The notes beneath the pieces are model-generated. The model was not told where the DNA came from. It worked only from the letters and a program-made list of their open reading frames with translations, and made no database searches. A stretch of DNA of 64,000 bases from Antedon mediterranea (taxonomy: Eukaryota > Animalia > Echinodermata): the NCBI RefSeq assembly GCF_964355755.1, contig NC_092672.1, positions 28,712,437-28,776,436 of the forward strand, read 5' to 3'. Shown here piece by piece: positions 1-12,300 of the stretch (its first letter is position 1; each line of letters starts with the position of its first letter). The translations under genes and the position numbers were made by a program.

Positions 1-283
1 CTGCGACAACAAATAACCATTGAGATGTTCGTCTCAAACCTAAGTCTAAGGTTACAGAGCGATGTCCATAAGTGTTGATAGATGTATTATTTGCGGCAGT
101 CAAAGTAGACTCTTGTCGCCTATGTAGACGCTCATGGCGAGTAGGTGGAACAACGCTAACTTCTGCCCCAGTGTCTATGAGGAAACGTTGTTTGGATAAT
201 TGATTAACAATAAAGAAAAGGCGACTTACGATTTGACGGCCAGCAACATTCGTCGCATTTAGTTGTCGGCGTTGGAGTTTTCC
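1..283 (-). CDS. pol: Gypsy pol N-terminus (aspartic protease), -1 frame relative to gag, truncated by the window edge
   Basis: Manual translation of the minus strand gives GKLQRRQLNATNVAGRQIVSRLFFIVNQLSKQRFLIDTGAEVSVVPPTRHERLH, which contains the retropepsin DTG active site. Confidence 0.85.
221..283 (-). promoter_or_regulatory. -1 programmed ribosomal frameshift signal (slippery G GAA AAC plus predicted H-type pseudoknot)
   Basis: Heptamer at 283-277, 6-nt spacer, stem 1 GCCGACAAC/GTTGCTGGC, and loop GCGAC complementary to downstream GTCGC. Confidence 0.7.
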
Positions 284-1191
284 GAACACGGCGGATTGCA
301 TTTTCGAGCATTTACTCCAAATTTTTCATGGTACCAACAGAGTTGAGGAGTGTTGTTTGAATGTTGAGCTGAGCGATTGGTACTGTTAGGTTGAGCAGGA
401 GATGAATGCCTACCACTCGATCGATTTCGATGTCGACTTGTGCTGCGACTCTGATATCTGTTGTGCCGTCGGTCAGATTGCAAGGAATTAACTTGCGTTG
501 ACAGTTGTTGAATCTGTTTTTGCAGGTTTTCAAGGGTCGCAGACAAGGAGGGTGTATTGTCCGTGTGTACTGCCGATACACTTGTTGGCGCAGTTGCAGT
601 TACAGATACTTCAATAATTTTGTCAGCCAATGATGTCAAGCTTCCCAGGTCCAACTCATCCTTGGTTGAAGCTAGGATAAGCTGTACATTAGTTGGGAGG
701 CGACTTAAGAATAGTTGTTTCATAATTGAAGATTCAAGTGGCCTGTCGCCTAAGAGTTGTAACATCCGTCGGTATAATTGCAACGGTTTCCTATCCCCCA
801 ACTCCTCGGCCGTCAGGAGTTGGCGGAGGCGCTGTTGGTCGGAGTCAGTTGTCCGACGTATTAAGGTATCTTTCAAGTTCACATACCTGTTAGCAGTAGG
901 CGGGTTGAGAAGTAGATCCCGAACTTCCTGCGCAATTTCAGGTTGCAATGATCCGACTAAGTAAGCGTATTTTGTAGCATCTACTGTAATCCCACGCGTT
1001 GTGAACTGTGCTTCCACTTGGGTGAACCACAATATCGGATCATTGGGCCAGTATGGAGGCAGTTTCAACGCTACCGAAGAAATTGGCCTGTTGACGGTTG
1101 CTGCGTCAGGAGCGGGCACCACAGGTTGTTCCTGGTGCTGGGGTTGTGCTGGAGGTTGCGGTAGCTGTCGTTGTTGCTGTTGTCCTTCCAT
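259..1191 (-). CDS. gag: Gypsy gag-like protein, 310 aa
   Basis: KLPPYWPNDPILWFTQVEAQF N-terminal motif, ELGDRKP motif and a C-terminal CWYHEKFGVNARKCNPPC zinc knuckle, all typical of this invertebrate gypsy gag family. Confidence 0.9.
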   Translation of the reverse strand: MEGQQQQRQLPQPPAQPQHQEQPVVPAPDAATVNRPISSVALKLPPYWPNDPILWFTQVEAQFTTRGITVDATKYAYLVGSLQPEIAQEVRDLLLNPPTANRYVNLKDTLIRRTTDSDQQRLRQLLTAEELGDRKPLQLYRRMLQLLGDRPLESSIMKQLFLSRLPTNVQLILASTKDELDLGSLTSLADKIIEVSVTATAPTSVSAVHTDNTPSLSATLENLQKQIQQLSTQVNSLQSDRRHNRYQSRSTSRHRNRSSGRHSSPAQPNSTNRSAQHSNNTPQLCWYHEKFGVNARKCNPPCSENSNADN

Positions 1192-1216
1192 TTTAAGTTA
1201 AATTCGGTATAAGAAA

Positions 1217-1230
1217 GTCGAGGGTCACCA
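1217..1230 (-). promoter_or_regulatory. Primer binding site, tRNA-Trp-like
   Basis: Minus strand reads TGGTGACCCTCGAC; the 3' end of metazoan tRNA-Trp is ...GTCGGGGTCACCA, differing by one extra base here. Confidence 0.7.
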
Positions 1231-1231
1231 C

Positions 1232-1669
1232 TTTAGTAATTGTCGGCGCAACGGTAAAATAAAACAACTACTAAATGTATACAGTAAACTATGCAATTTA
1301 TTCCAAGTGAATCAAGTGAGGATTCTCAATAAATAGATAAAATATACAATATACAATGTTTGATAAGACAGAGCAATAAACGGTGTAGCTAAGATGCTGG
1401 TTGAGAAAAGAGTGTGTTAATAATGTGGTCAGTGCATGGTAATATTGGGCTTGGCCCACCTCATCTGACCAATTAGGATTAAGAGAATTAATGTGGTTTT
1501 CTGTTAGAGTCATTAACATTCTTAAAATCCATTAGCTAGAAAAGTGAAGGTAACAGGAAGGTAACCTGTCAATGTGAGGTTAAATAAAGAGATATATAGA
1601 GGATGTATAAATAATCAAATTAAAAGCAAATGTTGAATTGTTTAAAAGCTATGTGGTAGGTCTGCTACA
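1232..1669 (-). repeat. 5' LTR of the gypsy element
   Basis: Minus strand starts TGTAGCAG and ends TTACTAAA (imperfect inverted end) directly before the PBS; AATAAA on the minus strand at ~1297-1302. The second LTR lies outside the window. Confidence 0.6.
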
Positions 1670-1749
1670 GTACAATGAGCTCCTAACAGCTCATTCCCTT
1701 ACGTTCAGAATGAACAAGGGACTCACATTTAACTTTAATTGTTAAATAC

Positions 1750-1950
1750 GTATGTTGACTTTGTGTGGACACCTTCTTAGTCTAGACTCTGATATCCCAG
1801 CTCAAAGAGCTGTATACGAAACAGACACTGAGAAGAGTCAAAAGACCAAAGGGACGACCCATGGATTAAAAGGATAGAAAATGAAAAAAACAGTCTATGC
1901 ACACTTAATCTCTCTGATTGGAGAAGTCTTGTTAAGTGCGCTATGTCGCA
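1750..1950 (+). mobile_element. Degenerate RTE-clade LINE 3' remnant (paralogous to 52400-52650)
   Basis: Decayed GHL.RL...PA...KRP.GRP..W-type C-terminal motif, shared with the equivalent intron of the downstream gene copy. Confidence 0.5.
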
Positions 1951-2174
1951 AGACGTTCAGCGTCCGTGATAATAATGTTTACGATCCCGAACTATCACAG
2001 CATATTAATTGAAACGTCGAGAAACGCAACCGTTTTTTTCATATTTATTTCATTATGCAATGCAACATGTTAAATACTTTGATTATACACCTATCGTGTA
2101 TACGTTTATATACTGTATGGCAGTTTTTTTTATTATTGTGAATTATAATTAAATATATACGTGTTTGTTTGTAG

Positions 2175-4146
2175 AGCACAAAGTTTCTAAAATAGAGAAA
2201 ATGGCACTGACTGAGATGGTATCTCCAGTTAAAATGTCAGGCTATGCGAATGAATCCGAAGAAGAGACTTCACTGAGTTCTAGCAGTGGATCTAATCAAC
2301 TATTGTAAGTATTATGCCTAATAAATAAATAAATATTTAGAATATTTGTTCTTCTTTGTGTTTAAGTATACAGTGCCAGTAACTACTGTTAATGTGTATA
2401 CTAAACTGCTTGTCAGTCCAAACTTATAGCATTCTATTTTGTTGCCTTTTTTTCTTCTTTGGAATAAAAAAATGTATTATTAGTTATTTTTCTGATTTAA
2501 TTTCTATGGAATTTTTAACAAGCAACTTACATTACAAAAAAAAAATACCTTAGAAATGTAGAGAAAGAAAAACAATTAAATAATTATGTTACGTCCTTTC
2601 AAAATATATGTAGGGAGCTTCCTACAAAAAGGTCTTATACAAAAAAAACAACAAAGTAAAACAGTTAAGAAACAGATGATAATAGAAATTAGACTATTTA
2701 TGTGGCATGGTCATTAGCGAAACAGTAAGAGAAAATTAAACTGTCTCAACATTGTTTGAAGAATAACTTGTAGTAAAAGTTTGATCCAAAGGAAATTTAA
2801 AGGGCTAACAGGTAGAATGAATCTTAACAACAACAATAATGATGCATTAAGGCCAACTCATACAGCATCGTACGATGAGGCCCGAAGAGACGTCTTGACT
2901 CGTCGGTGCTGTCTGAGTTGAATCCCGACGAGACGAGTCTTCTTGAGATAGCGTCGAGCATAGTTTTTAAGTTGTCGGAAGGTTTAATTTTCTTCCGACG
3001 AGACGACTCTGAGTTTGCCTTAGTAGTTGCCATTACTTTGAAGCTGTTACAGCAGAGTTATATATTTTGACAGAATTTCAATGGATGAGTTGCAAGTGCC
3101 TAGGGCATCTTCAAGTCGTAGTAAGTCACCAGGTTTTAACACGCCATCTAGAACACCAGAAATAATGGTAACAGCCCTGCCACCAGGTTTTGCCGACGGT
3201 TCACACGAACAAGGTAAATTCTTTAAGAAAATGTAATTTGATTTTTCATGTGGGTTATGAAGAATTTATCTCGCTTACGTATTATTGGCAATTCAAGCTT
3301 GAGCCAATAAAGAGAACATTCTTCAAAATAGTACAACCATTTAGAGCAATACTTTTGATTTGCTTATAGAATTTACAACAATAAATTATTCCTTTTATCA
3401 GTCATGGAAGATCGAGCCAATATGTATGTCATGTTTTCCACGCCAGAACGGTCATTCAAGAAGATAGGTTTACTGTCCGTAAACCTAGTTGGAACTCTTA
3501 GCACTCTCCGTGCAGATTTGAAGGAAAGCCTGGGTAGCAAACTCCAACAACTACCATTCGCTTTCTTAAGTGAAAGCCTTGTGGATATTGATGGGGCTAG
3601 TGAGCGAAGGAGGACGGTCCATGAGACTTATGCGTCTGACAGTGTTCTTATTCGGTACATTGAAGGCAAAGGTAAGTTACAAAATGAAAGAAAATATTTT
3701 ACCTTTCTAAAGTTTTGACATGATAACATGTTTTCTCTTCAATAGTAGAATATAAATATCAGCAATGTTATGAAAGACAGATTTTGACTTATTTTTAACT
3801 AGCATTTAAACAAAAACCTTTTTTAATTAAAGAGATGGGAATTTTTTGTGATTAATTGACACATGTTAGCCATTGAGTTTTTGGTTTTTACCAATGAAAA
3901 GGCTATTGTTTTCACTGCAGAATTATTATGTCAGTGTTTTTACACTAGATAATGATATTCATTTTATCTTTTTATAGCGCAAACATACATAAATCAGCAA
4001 TTGTTTTTACAGATTTATCGAAGTTGTGTATCTGTGGTTTGATTGGTCAATTTGAATGCTCTTTGTGTCATAGTCAAACTTACTGTAGCCCCACCTGCCA
4101 GTCATATGATTGGGCAAAGCACTGCAAAATATGCAGTGGAATGTAG
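2175..4146 (+). CDS. pkhd1l1: Last four coding exons (cytoplasmic tail: beta-grasp-like domain + MYND finger) of the upstream fibrocystin-L paralog
   Basis: Exons 2175-2304, 3074-3213, 3402-3671 and 4013-4146 have GT-AG sites and matching phases, and are nearly identical to exons 52867-55679 of the complete gene. Confidence 0.85.
2848..3022. mobile_element. MITE with TIRs (TAAGGCCAACTCA...TGAGTTTGCCTTA), Harbinger-like ends
   Basis: Terminal inverted repeats are visible. A paralogous copy at 54342-54510 shows the insertion predates the gene duplication. Confidence 0.6.
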
Positions 4147-5164
4147 ACGAACAATTTCGCACAACGTTTGGTAGACTGTGTCGTCATAGATTATGACTGT
4201 ATATATACCAGTTCTCTGACTATCGTTGAAGAAATTAATATTGTATAGTAATTATCGTATTTGTCCAGTTTTTAAATAAAATATAAATAAAATATAAATG
4301 TGGGGCTAGTTATAGTTTTAGCAATGATTGTTAGCTAAGTTGATAAAAATGAAGTTTTATTTTGATTTTCATGGTATGTTTTAAAGGTCATTTTACAAAG
4401 AAAAGTACAAAATAAACATGAATACATTCATTAATACTGCATTCTATCGGGTAATAATTCATTTTCAGGGGTACAGAGAGAAAGGCTAAACCGCGATGAC
4501 GTCACTAAAATTGGTGAGTTGGATATTGAGTGTAAACAAAAACGGATCTGTCTACATTTTTTTTTTGCGGTAGAGTATGTACACAAATGGGGAAAACCAT
4601 GTACTAAAAACACCTCTTATAATATTCGAAACATTTATTTACATTTGTATTACAGTACATAAAAGCCACGAAAGAGTGTATGGAAACCAATAATTAAAGA
4701 GGGTCTTTTTGACCTAACATAGATGCTTAACTTGTAAAGATGGCAACACTGTCGTAGTTAGGATAAGGCCAGAATGTTTCTCGTATAGCATAGGGGAATC
4801 AGTGCTTCTAACATTTGGAAAGACATTATATAGATGTAAATATTGACGATTATAGATGGTTTTCAATATCTGATTATCCATTCTATAAGATTAACATTAA
4901 AGTTTATATTATTTGAACGGAATATTATGTAAATGTCCTGTGTGATTTTTTAATTTTCTGAATTAGGACTAATGGGATTGTGTTCTCTAATTTTAATAGT
5001 TTTTGAAACGTCGTTTCAATTTCATTTAGAATTTGATTAGATCTTATTATTATTATTTTATTTTGCTCATAAATCATCAGGACCTATAGCTAATCACATT
5101 TTGTCAACTAGAGATACTAATGTTAAATAAAAAATCCAGTCATATAGCATGTGTAACCTTCGAC

Positions 5165-5635
5165 CCTTTAATTGAAAAAGGGAAAAATATATTGATACTG
5201 ACGTCTCAAGGGATGAACATTTTTTCTGAAAAAATAGCCTACCATATACAATAATTGTTTCCTTTATTGATACATTGTTTCTCTAATTAACAAATACATT
5301 AAAAAATACCTACTTTATTTTTACGCCAACCTAGCAATTTTTAAAGGCCTTTTTAATTGATTTACTACAAGGCGGAAATGCAGTCATTTTAATTGAAAAG
5401 AAAAGTAATTAAGAAAATTAATGTTTAAAACAATTATTTAAAAATTAAATAAATTGTGTGAAAATTCAGTTATTATTATTATGTTTTGATATGAGATTTG
5501 TCAATATGTTCTAGTTTAAACGTTTAATTCATAGTCAGTTAAGTTCCAGTTAAGTTTTTTTTGGCTAGTGTAAATGGAAATTTCCTCCTAGTTCAAATCG
5601 TGTTCCTCTCCCAGTCGATAGTGTAAAAAGGGTAT
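5165..5635. mobile_element. Partial copy of the TIR element at 13719-14836
   Basis: Alignable with 14260-14835 and ends in CAGTCGATAGTGTAAAAAGGGTA; a further part-copy lies at 56790-56968. Confidence 0.6.
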
Positions 5636-6162
5636 TATAGACGTGGATGTATAACAATACACATTTATAACTCCATGGTTATAGACATAGCAATATATAC
5701 ATATAAAATAAATGAAGTTGCCTACTCTTTTCTGTTAATGAACGATTAACATGTTAATAATTGATTTCTCGTTTTAATCCATATGGCCAATGTGTTTGTG
5801 TAACGACAGATAGAATAAATGAATAGGACATATACTGTTTAGAGAAGATTATACTGAAGGTATTACTAAAGGAAAAGTAAAAAGAAAATATTCTTGAGGT
5901 AGGAATGGTGCAATGTTGGTAGATTGAATTTATTAAGACATATGAGAGATATACAAACTTAAAAAGAATCATACGATTAAAAAGTTGACCTTTATTTTTA
6001 TACAACGCGCGACTCGACCACTGCGCACGCTCAGCAACTGTTCAGTTGAATTGAGTCAATTAATTTCAATATTGGTTATTATTTTAGCGACTTTCCTTAT
6101 GGGCCGAGAATGGGCTTAGCATCTACAGTAGTAACACATAGAGAAGATTGTTTTGTTGACTT

Positions 6163-6301
6163 AAGCTCTCTGTATAATGTCAAACTTTATTTGACAAGAA
6201 AATGTAATGTGCCCATATATGGACATGATGTCATATCACTACCATATTTGGGCTTTTCACTCTTTTTTTGTCAAACTCTTTTATTTTGTAGACTCTAGAA
6301 T
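6163..6301. mobile_element. ~145 bp MITE, degenerate copy (family also at 19783-19929 and 25364-25509)
   Basis: Shared core ATGTGCCCATATATGGACATGATGTCATATCACTACCATATTTGGGC and AAGCTCTGTCTACACTATCAAACT-type TIRs in the family. Confidence 0.55.
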
Positions 6302-6321
6302 TAGAAATGATATATATTGAG

Positions 6322-6476
6322 TACACCTCAGTGAGTAGGCCTACACCTCAGTGAGTAGGCCTACACCTCAGTGAGTAGGCCTACACCTCAGTGAGTAGGC
6401 CTACACCTCAGTGAGTAGGCCTACACCTCAGTGAGTAGGCCTACACCTCAGTGAGTAGGCCTACACCTCAGTGAGT
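6322..6476. repeat. Perfect 20-bp tandem repeat (CTACACCTCAGTGAGTAGGC) x ~7.7
   Basis: Identical units with no spacers. Confidence 0.95.
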
Positions 6477-8234
6477 TCCTATACAAAAGATAGGCTTACA
6501 AAGTAAATGTTAATGTTTCCAATGATCATAATTTGCTAGCAATTTTTCTTGGGTTTATAATTATGGTTTTTCCCAAAAGGAAAGTAATTGCGTTTATACT
6601 GGGTGCAACGCGTTTTGTTTCCCTTGTACGAACCAAGCCTTGCCGAGCGGCGGCGGTATTTAGCAATATAAATCCTATAAAGTTCAATTTGGTGTTAACA
6701 AATTATATATTCCAAGAATATATATAAATGCATAAAATAAAATCTAGGTATAAATCATTATTATAATTAATAGTATTGTTATAAAATATTATATATAGAT
6801 TTATAAGTTTAGTTATAATTAGTCTATTATACGTACAAATGCATTTGCTACAACTGTATAAAATAATAAAAGCATATAGACTATTTCACTGGTCTATTAT
6901 GTGTGGAAGTGGTTGTACCATTCTATTAGATTTCCATCCCATAAAAATAAAGTTATTTAAAGTAATGTTTTGTTTCATTGTCATATGTACCAAAATAATT
7001 ATTAATGTACATCTGTATAGGCTATAGTCTAAGCAGGTAAAACATTTTTTAAATTTCATGTGTTCTCTTCTTACCAGTGTAGGCCTACTTTATCCTAGAC
7101 CCTAACCTAGTCAGCGATATCGTGTAATCCGTGTATTGTAGGTACTTAATACAAGCAGACGTATCTAGATGACTTGCGATAGTGAGACGCTATCTACTGA
7201 CGGCTATAGATTAGGTCAACAGCGTAACGTCCCGTCAGACAGATGAGGTGTCGCATTGCACTGGTGCCAATCAAACAAACACGCTTTTTTAACTCCGTGT
7301 CTCCATGGATTAATTTTTTATCCTTAATTCATGCTAGAATCTATACTAAATGTATATAAACATCATACAAAACATGGCACAACTGTACTTCTAACTTATT
7401 CCACACGCTTATGTAACATTACATTTTTTTAAAGTAGAACGTATAACAACAAAAGATCAACATGCATTCTGAAAAGAAAGCATTAGTAGGATTGACGTAA
7501 AACATGATATACATTTCAAAGAAATATATTTCTAAGCTAAACTACATAAACAATAAAATAACTTTATAAGAGAACGACGTGTAACTGTAGAGGGCGTAAA
7601 TGGAATGCAAGCGAACTGTATTCCTATAAAAAAGATATTAATAATTTAATATGGGCTGAAATAAATTGTTCTGGTGCTTTAGTGACAACAACACTATATT
7701 CTGCATCAACACGCAAGTGAGTCGACCAATCACAAGCGACTGTTTGAATTTATCTATCGCATCATGATTGGTCCGAATTACTTGCAGCCCGCACTGAGAA
7801 CCAAGGAATAGGCCTCCCGAGTAGGCCTACAAAAATGGGTAAACCAGATTCTCGAAAATGTCATTGACTTGTATGTAAAGAGTTGTATTCTCTGGCGATT
7901 CTTTGAATTCGTGTCATCATCAAATTCACCAATAATTGGTCGTTGTCGTAGAAACTGTTACAAAGTCCTGGTTTGCGAGACACGTTCCCTGGTGCGTCAT
8001 TGGTTGTGTGTCATGGTTGAATACCTCCGCCGCGATAGAGAGATATAATACGAACGGCTACGCATAAATACAATCAATTTATAAAAAGAATGTTTTAAAG
8101 CGATTTTGTGTCTTTAATTCCTAAAACGTTTTAAGCTTAATTGTTTATGAATATGTATCAAAGAAAATATATGACATGTTTCTCTCAGTTTATAATAATA
8201 ATAGATCCATATTTTTGTATAATTATTGTAATAT

Positions 8235-8431
8235 TATTTTATTATGTTGGGGACCCCTTTGGAAACAAGCCTCTGGGCTTAAAGGGCCATCCCCTGCTTT
8301 CCATGCTTATTTTCTTGTCTAGTCTTGTATTTTTATATTTAATGTTTCTCTTTTTATTTCATTTACATTATATTGTTTTATTTATTTGTACTGTATTTGG
8401 AAAGCAATAAATATTACTTACTTACTTACTT
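8235..8431 (+). mobile_element. Probable 3' tail of an L2/CR1-type non-LTR element
   Basis: GC-rich stem-loop-like segment, a T-rich stretch, then AATAAA followed by a (TTAC)n tail. Confidence 0.4.
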
Positions 8432-9327
8432 ATGAGCGGATCTTGTGCGGTGGGATTGTTTTTTCTTGGTGTGTATATTTGTTTAACTTTCTTTATGAAC
8501 TCTCTACTACTAATTTTTATTGGTTTCTTCTGTATTGATTCTTCTACTTTATGCCCTGGATGTATTGCCTTTGTGGCGAGTGGTACTGATACATTGTAAT
8601 TCCAAATAATAAATAAATAAATCTTACAAAATCCTTAATCTTGGTTGTTTTACGTCATATTGTTCAAGGTCGTGAGTTACCACATACAGAGGGAATTACA
8701 CTACGTACACATATTTTAATGGCTGGGGTAACAGGAGAAAATTGTTTGATGTTTAAGGAAACGATTGTATTGCATGAAAACCATATTATTTTGAGGTTAC
8801 CAAACAAAAACAAAAAAACACCACATGCAAAGCGTGTGATCACACTACAAAACAATAACATCCCCCTTGCAAAATCCAATCGAAATGAACTAGGCCTAAC
8901 ATGTTATGCAGGTGATACGAAGGCCGACGTATCTACTACAAACAAAATAGCACCCTTTACAAAATCCAATCAAATTTTGTACACCACAAAACAAAACACT
9001 ACTATCATATTGTCTGCTCAAATTCTATTGGTCAACACGGTGCCGGTATTAACTCCAGATATTTATCGATCGATGTAACTTTCTTTTATGTTTTAACAAC
9101 TATTAGTTATTACGAAGACCGCCTCGCATTGGCCAAACTGATACCAGTAGTTTTGGCTTGTAACGTCACAAATCGGTTCTATTTATTACAGTGTCTTGAT
9201 CCGGAAAAAATCATTTTTTCGCGATCTTTGTTAGAATATGCTTTGTGATTGAGTTGTTATTTTTTCAACCTCGACGGTTTTATACTGTTATTTAGTTTCT
9301 TGTTAATAGTATTGAATATAACGAGAA

Positions 9328-12300
9328 ATGGCCACAATGCGTGTACATTTATTTGTCTTCACCTGTTGTGCGCTTTGGAAATTTGGTAAGTAATAGATTA
9401 TTTTAAATTATGGTATTTTATTTTTATAAAATGGAACATTGTATTTTATTTTTGTAAGTAATGAATTGTTTCTTTACTGAAATGAAAACAATAAAATCGT
9501 CAGTATAGTTCGGAACATGATGCGCGCGTTTTAGCATTGATAACATTGTGTAGTATGTACGCGCGCGTACCTTATTTGTGGTGTCACTGATTTTTTTTTT
9601 TACATTGTGATAGTATGAGTATAACCTCTAAATGTATTGTATCGTTTCTTAATCATTATACATTTTTACTATAATATATGATAAAAGTATTTTAATATAT
9701 TACCGTATAGTAACATTACTGCAATATAATATTACTGTAATAACGTTTTTGTAATGTAATTATTATATTACTGTAATAAACGCAGTAGTAATATATTACG
9801 GTAAATATATTACCGCTGTAATAATGTTACTGTGATATACTACTGTAGTTAATAACGCATTGTCTACAATTTTTTGGTGAAATTAAAATAGTAAAAATCA
9901 AAGTGATAGCCCCTATGCTAAATTTGTTAATTGAATTAAAATAACAAGGCAGAAAACCGGCCCCAAGAAAACTCCAATTGAAACTTGTGTGGAACCATAA
10001 ACTATACACACATAGACGTACTCTACAGACAAAGCGGTTAGTAGAACGCAGAGAAGAGTGAAGAGTGAAACATGTAGAGGTACATTTAAAACAATACAAC
10101 ATCGGTAATATGATTACAATGTTGCCCGTTTTCCCCACCGTCTAGCTACATGCATAGTTAGTAGGCCTATTTATTGTATTTATGTGACATATAAGAGAAG
10201 CAAGGAGAAAACTCTAACTTAAATATTCAGTAATTCCGATCATTTTAGATAGTAATATACACATTTACTTTTAAAAAGTAGCCTACTTTTAATATTTCGA
10301 CAAAATACACAACTATCATAGGTCTATAAAATATTACACAATTATCATTCAGAAATAGTAAGTGTGTCAACTTTATAATAATGATGAATTCATTTTTATT
10401 CATTTTGTCAATTCACTGATAGGTATTTTTGATATCGTTCAACGCTTATCAATACAAAGTTAATCACCAACTGGTCGTATTGTTATCTTTGACACTATAC
10501 TAACTTGTAGTTATTGTTCTTTTATTTTTGTTTGTGCCGGTTGCCATATCAACAAAACATTTGTTATTGTACCACCATGGCAACACGAATTGGTTATAAA
10601 TTCCGTACTTCGTTATTGTGCAAGTTGAACAAAATCACGTTTACCCCATATTTTTGTTGTGTTGAATTTTTAAGATGCTTACAGGGGTACCGTGCAAATA
10701 ATGGGACATTTTTAGAGCAATAGCCAATCAGAAAGCAGAAAATGCTGTTTTTAGAAGGTTTTGAAACCAATAATAGGAAAAGACACCAAATGTTATATTT
10801 TTTATTATTTATATTTTACAGGAATCTGTTTTTTTTCCTAATTCATTACCGGTACACATTTACAATCACAAAATATAAAAATCGTTTTCCTGTAATGTTT
10901 GATGAATCGGTATGAGTTTTATCAACTCATGTAATATTTAAATGCATTTTCGTGTTTCTGGGAAAGACATGATTAAAAGAAAAATAAATATTCGAAAAAG
11001 AGTAGCTTCAAATTAACCATATTTTTAACGTTTTTTTTTATAATACATTAGGCCTATATATATTATTATATTATCTGAGAATAGAATTTACGAGTATACG
11101 ACAAAACTCATTATAGAGAGGTAAACAGGCAAAGAAGTAGAAATAGAAAAAGTGGCAAAGTTTCAAATGATTTTTCAAAAATTCAATTCAAATTTGCAAT
11201 GAATTGTCAAATTAAAATTAACACTGACTATACGGAAACACTAATCTGGCACCACGCAATCTCTAAACGCAAAATGTGATGATGTCAGCAATCCTTTTAA
11301 ACCTTATTCCGCAATATGAATCCTAGAATAGGCCTAATGTGTTTTGTTTTTGTTTGTTTATTGTTTTACCACAAACAATGAACATAATAATGAATTGAGA
11401 ATTGAACATAATTTAAGATAAATAACAAGTTAGATTTCTCAAACAAAGTATTGCGTGCGGATGAAGACCAAAATAAGTTTGAAAATAAACTTTAAGGCAT
11501 GGTCACCAGTTAGAAATCAGAGTCACAAATCAATAAGCACAAAAAAAGCATAACTTGAAAGCCACTCCGAGAGTGCATACCTCCGCCTACTGTAAAATTC
11601 TCCTACATAAGATTTCTCCGGTAAAAAAAATATATATATAATTATAGCCTATATACTAGATGGTACGCTCGCTTCGCTCGCGTACCATCTAGGTCGTGCC
11701 CACAGATGGTTCTCGAATACATAATAATTTCAGCGTTAAAAAACTGGCGATTTCAAATGTACGTACAATAATACATGTCGTTTACAGGAACGAATAAATA
11801 GACACTGATTTATGTACTCAACTAAAATTAGCACCCTGAGAATTACTTCTGAAAGAGAAACTTGTCACAAAATGAGACCAATTGTTTAAGTCAAATTTAA
11901 ACAAACTTAATTTGTGTTTTGTATGTAACATTAGGGGTGAGGGATGGGGAAGAGGATGGGTGCAAGGGGAACAATTTTTAAATATATTAAATATATTCTT
12001 TATCCATTTAGAACCGAAATATTAATTGTTTTCATGCTTTACAAATAATATATCACTAAACACAGTAAAAAATTGCTATGTAATACTTTGTTGAAACTAT
12101 CACCGTCCTAGTCGATTGAAATAGTACAGTACATGTAACGATACATCACTACGACGTGTATGTTTATATAATGTAAAACAATTTGTGAAAACCACCTCTA
12201 TTCGGGGAAAATCATAAAATCGATTTAATCGTCAATAAAAATTAAATTATCTAACTCAACTTTATTAGTAGGCCTAATGGTTTTCAATTGTTTCTTAAAG

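Larger units (their letters stand above)
1..1669 (-). mobile_element. Ty3/gypsy LTR retrotransposon, 5' part (LTR, PBS, gag, start of pol); continues beyond the window start
   Basis: Contains a gag ORF, a protease motif FLIDTGAEVSVVP in the -1 frame, a PBS, and an LTR-like segment beginning TGTAGCAG at 1669 on the minus strand. Confidence 0.9.

Noticed and set aside
557-1201. Plus-strand ORFs 557-964 and 1001-1201
   Set aside because: Antisense shadows of gag with no recognisable protein features.
2824-3033. Minus-strand ORF partly conserved at 54342-54587
   Set aside because: It overlaps a MITE, and indels between the copies break the frame.
3404-4146. Stand-alone small gene starting at MEDRAN (also 54959)
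   Set aside because: The ATG sits 2 nt after a splice acceptor, and upstream exons join in phase back to the fibrocystin-L TM exon. It is better explained as internal exons, pending transcript data.
6322-6476. CRISPR-like regular repeat
   Set aside because: Units are contiguous and identical with no unique spacers, there are no cas genes, and the context is eukaryotic.
8641-9078. 145-aa ORF upstream of the gene
   Set aside because: Non-ATG start, no recognisable motif and no consistent splice context.
9120-9210. Core promoter motifs (ATTGG, ACGTCAC, CCGGAA) upstream of exon 1
   Set aside because: The position is plausible, but the motifs are short and not visibly conserved upstream of 63298, so support is insufficient.
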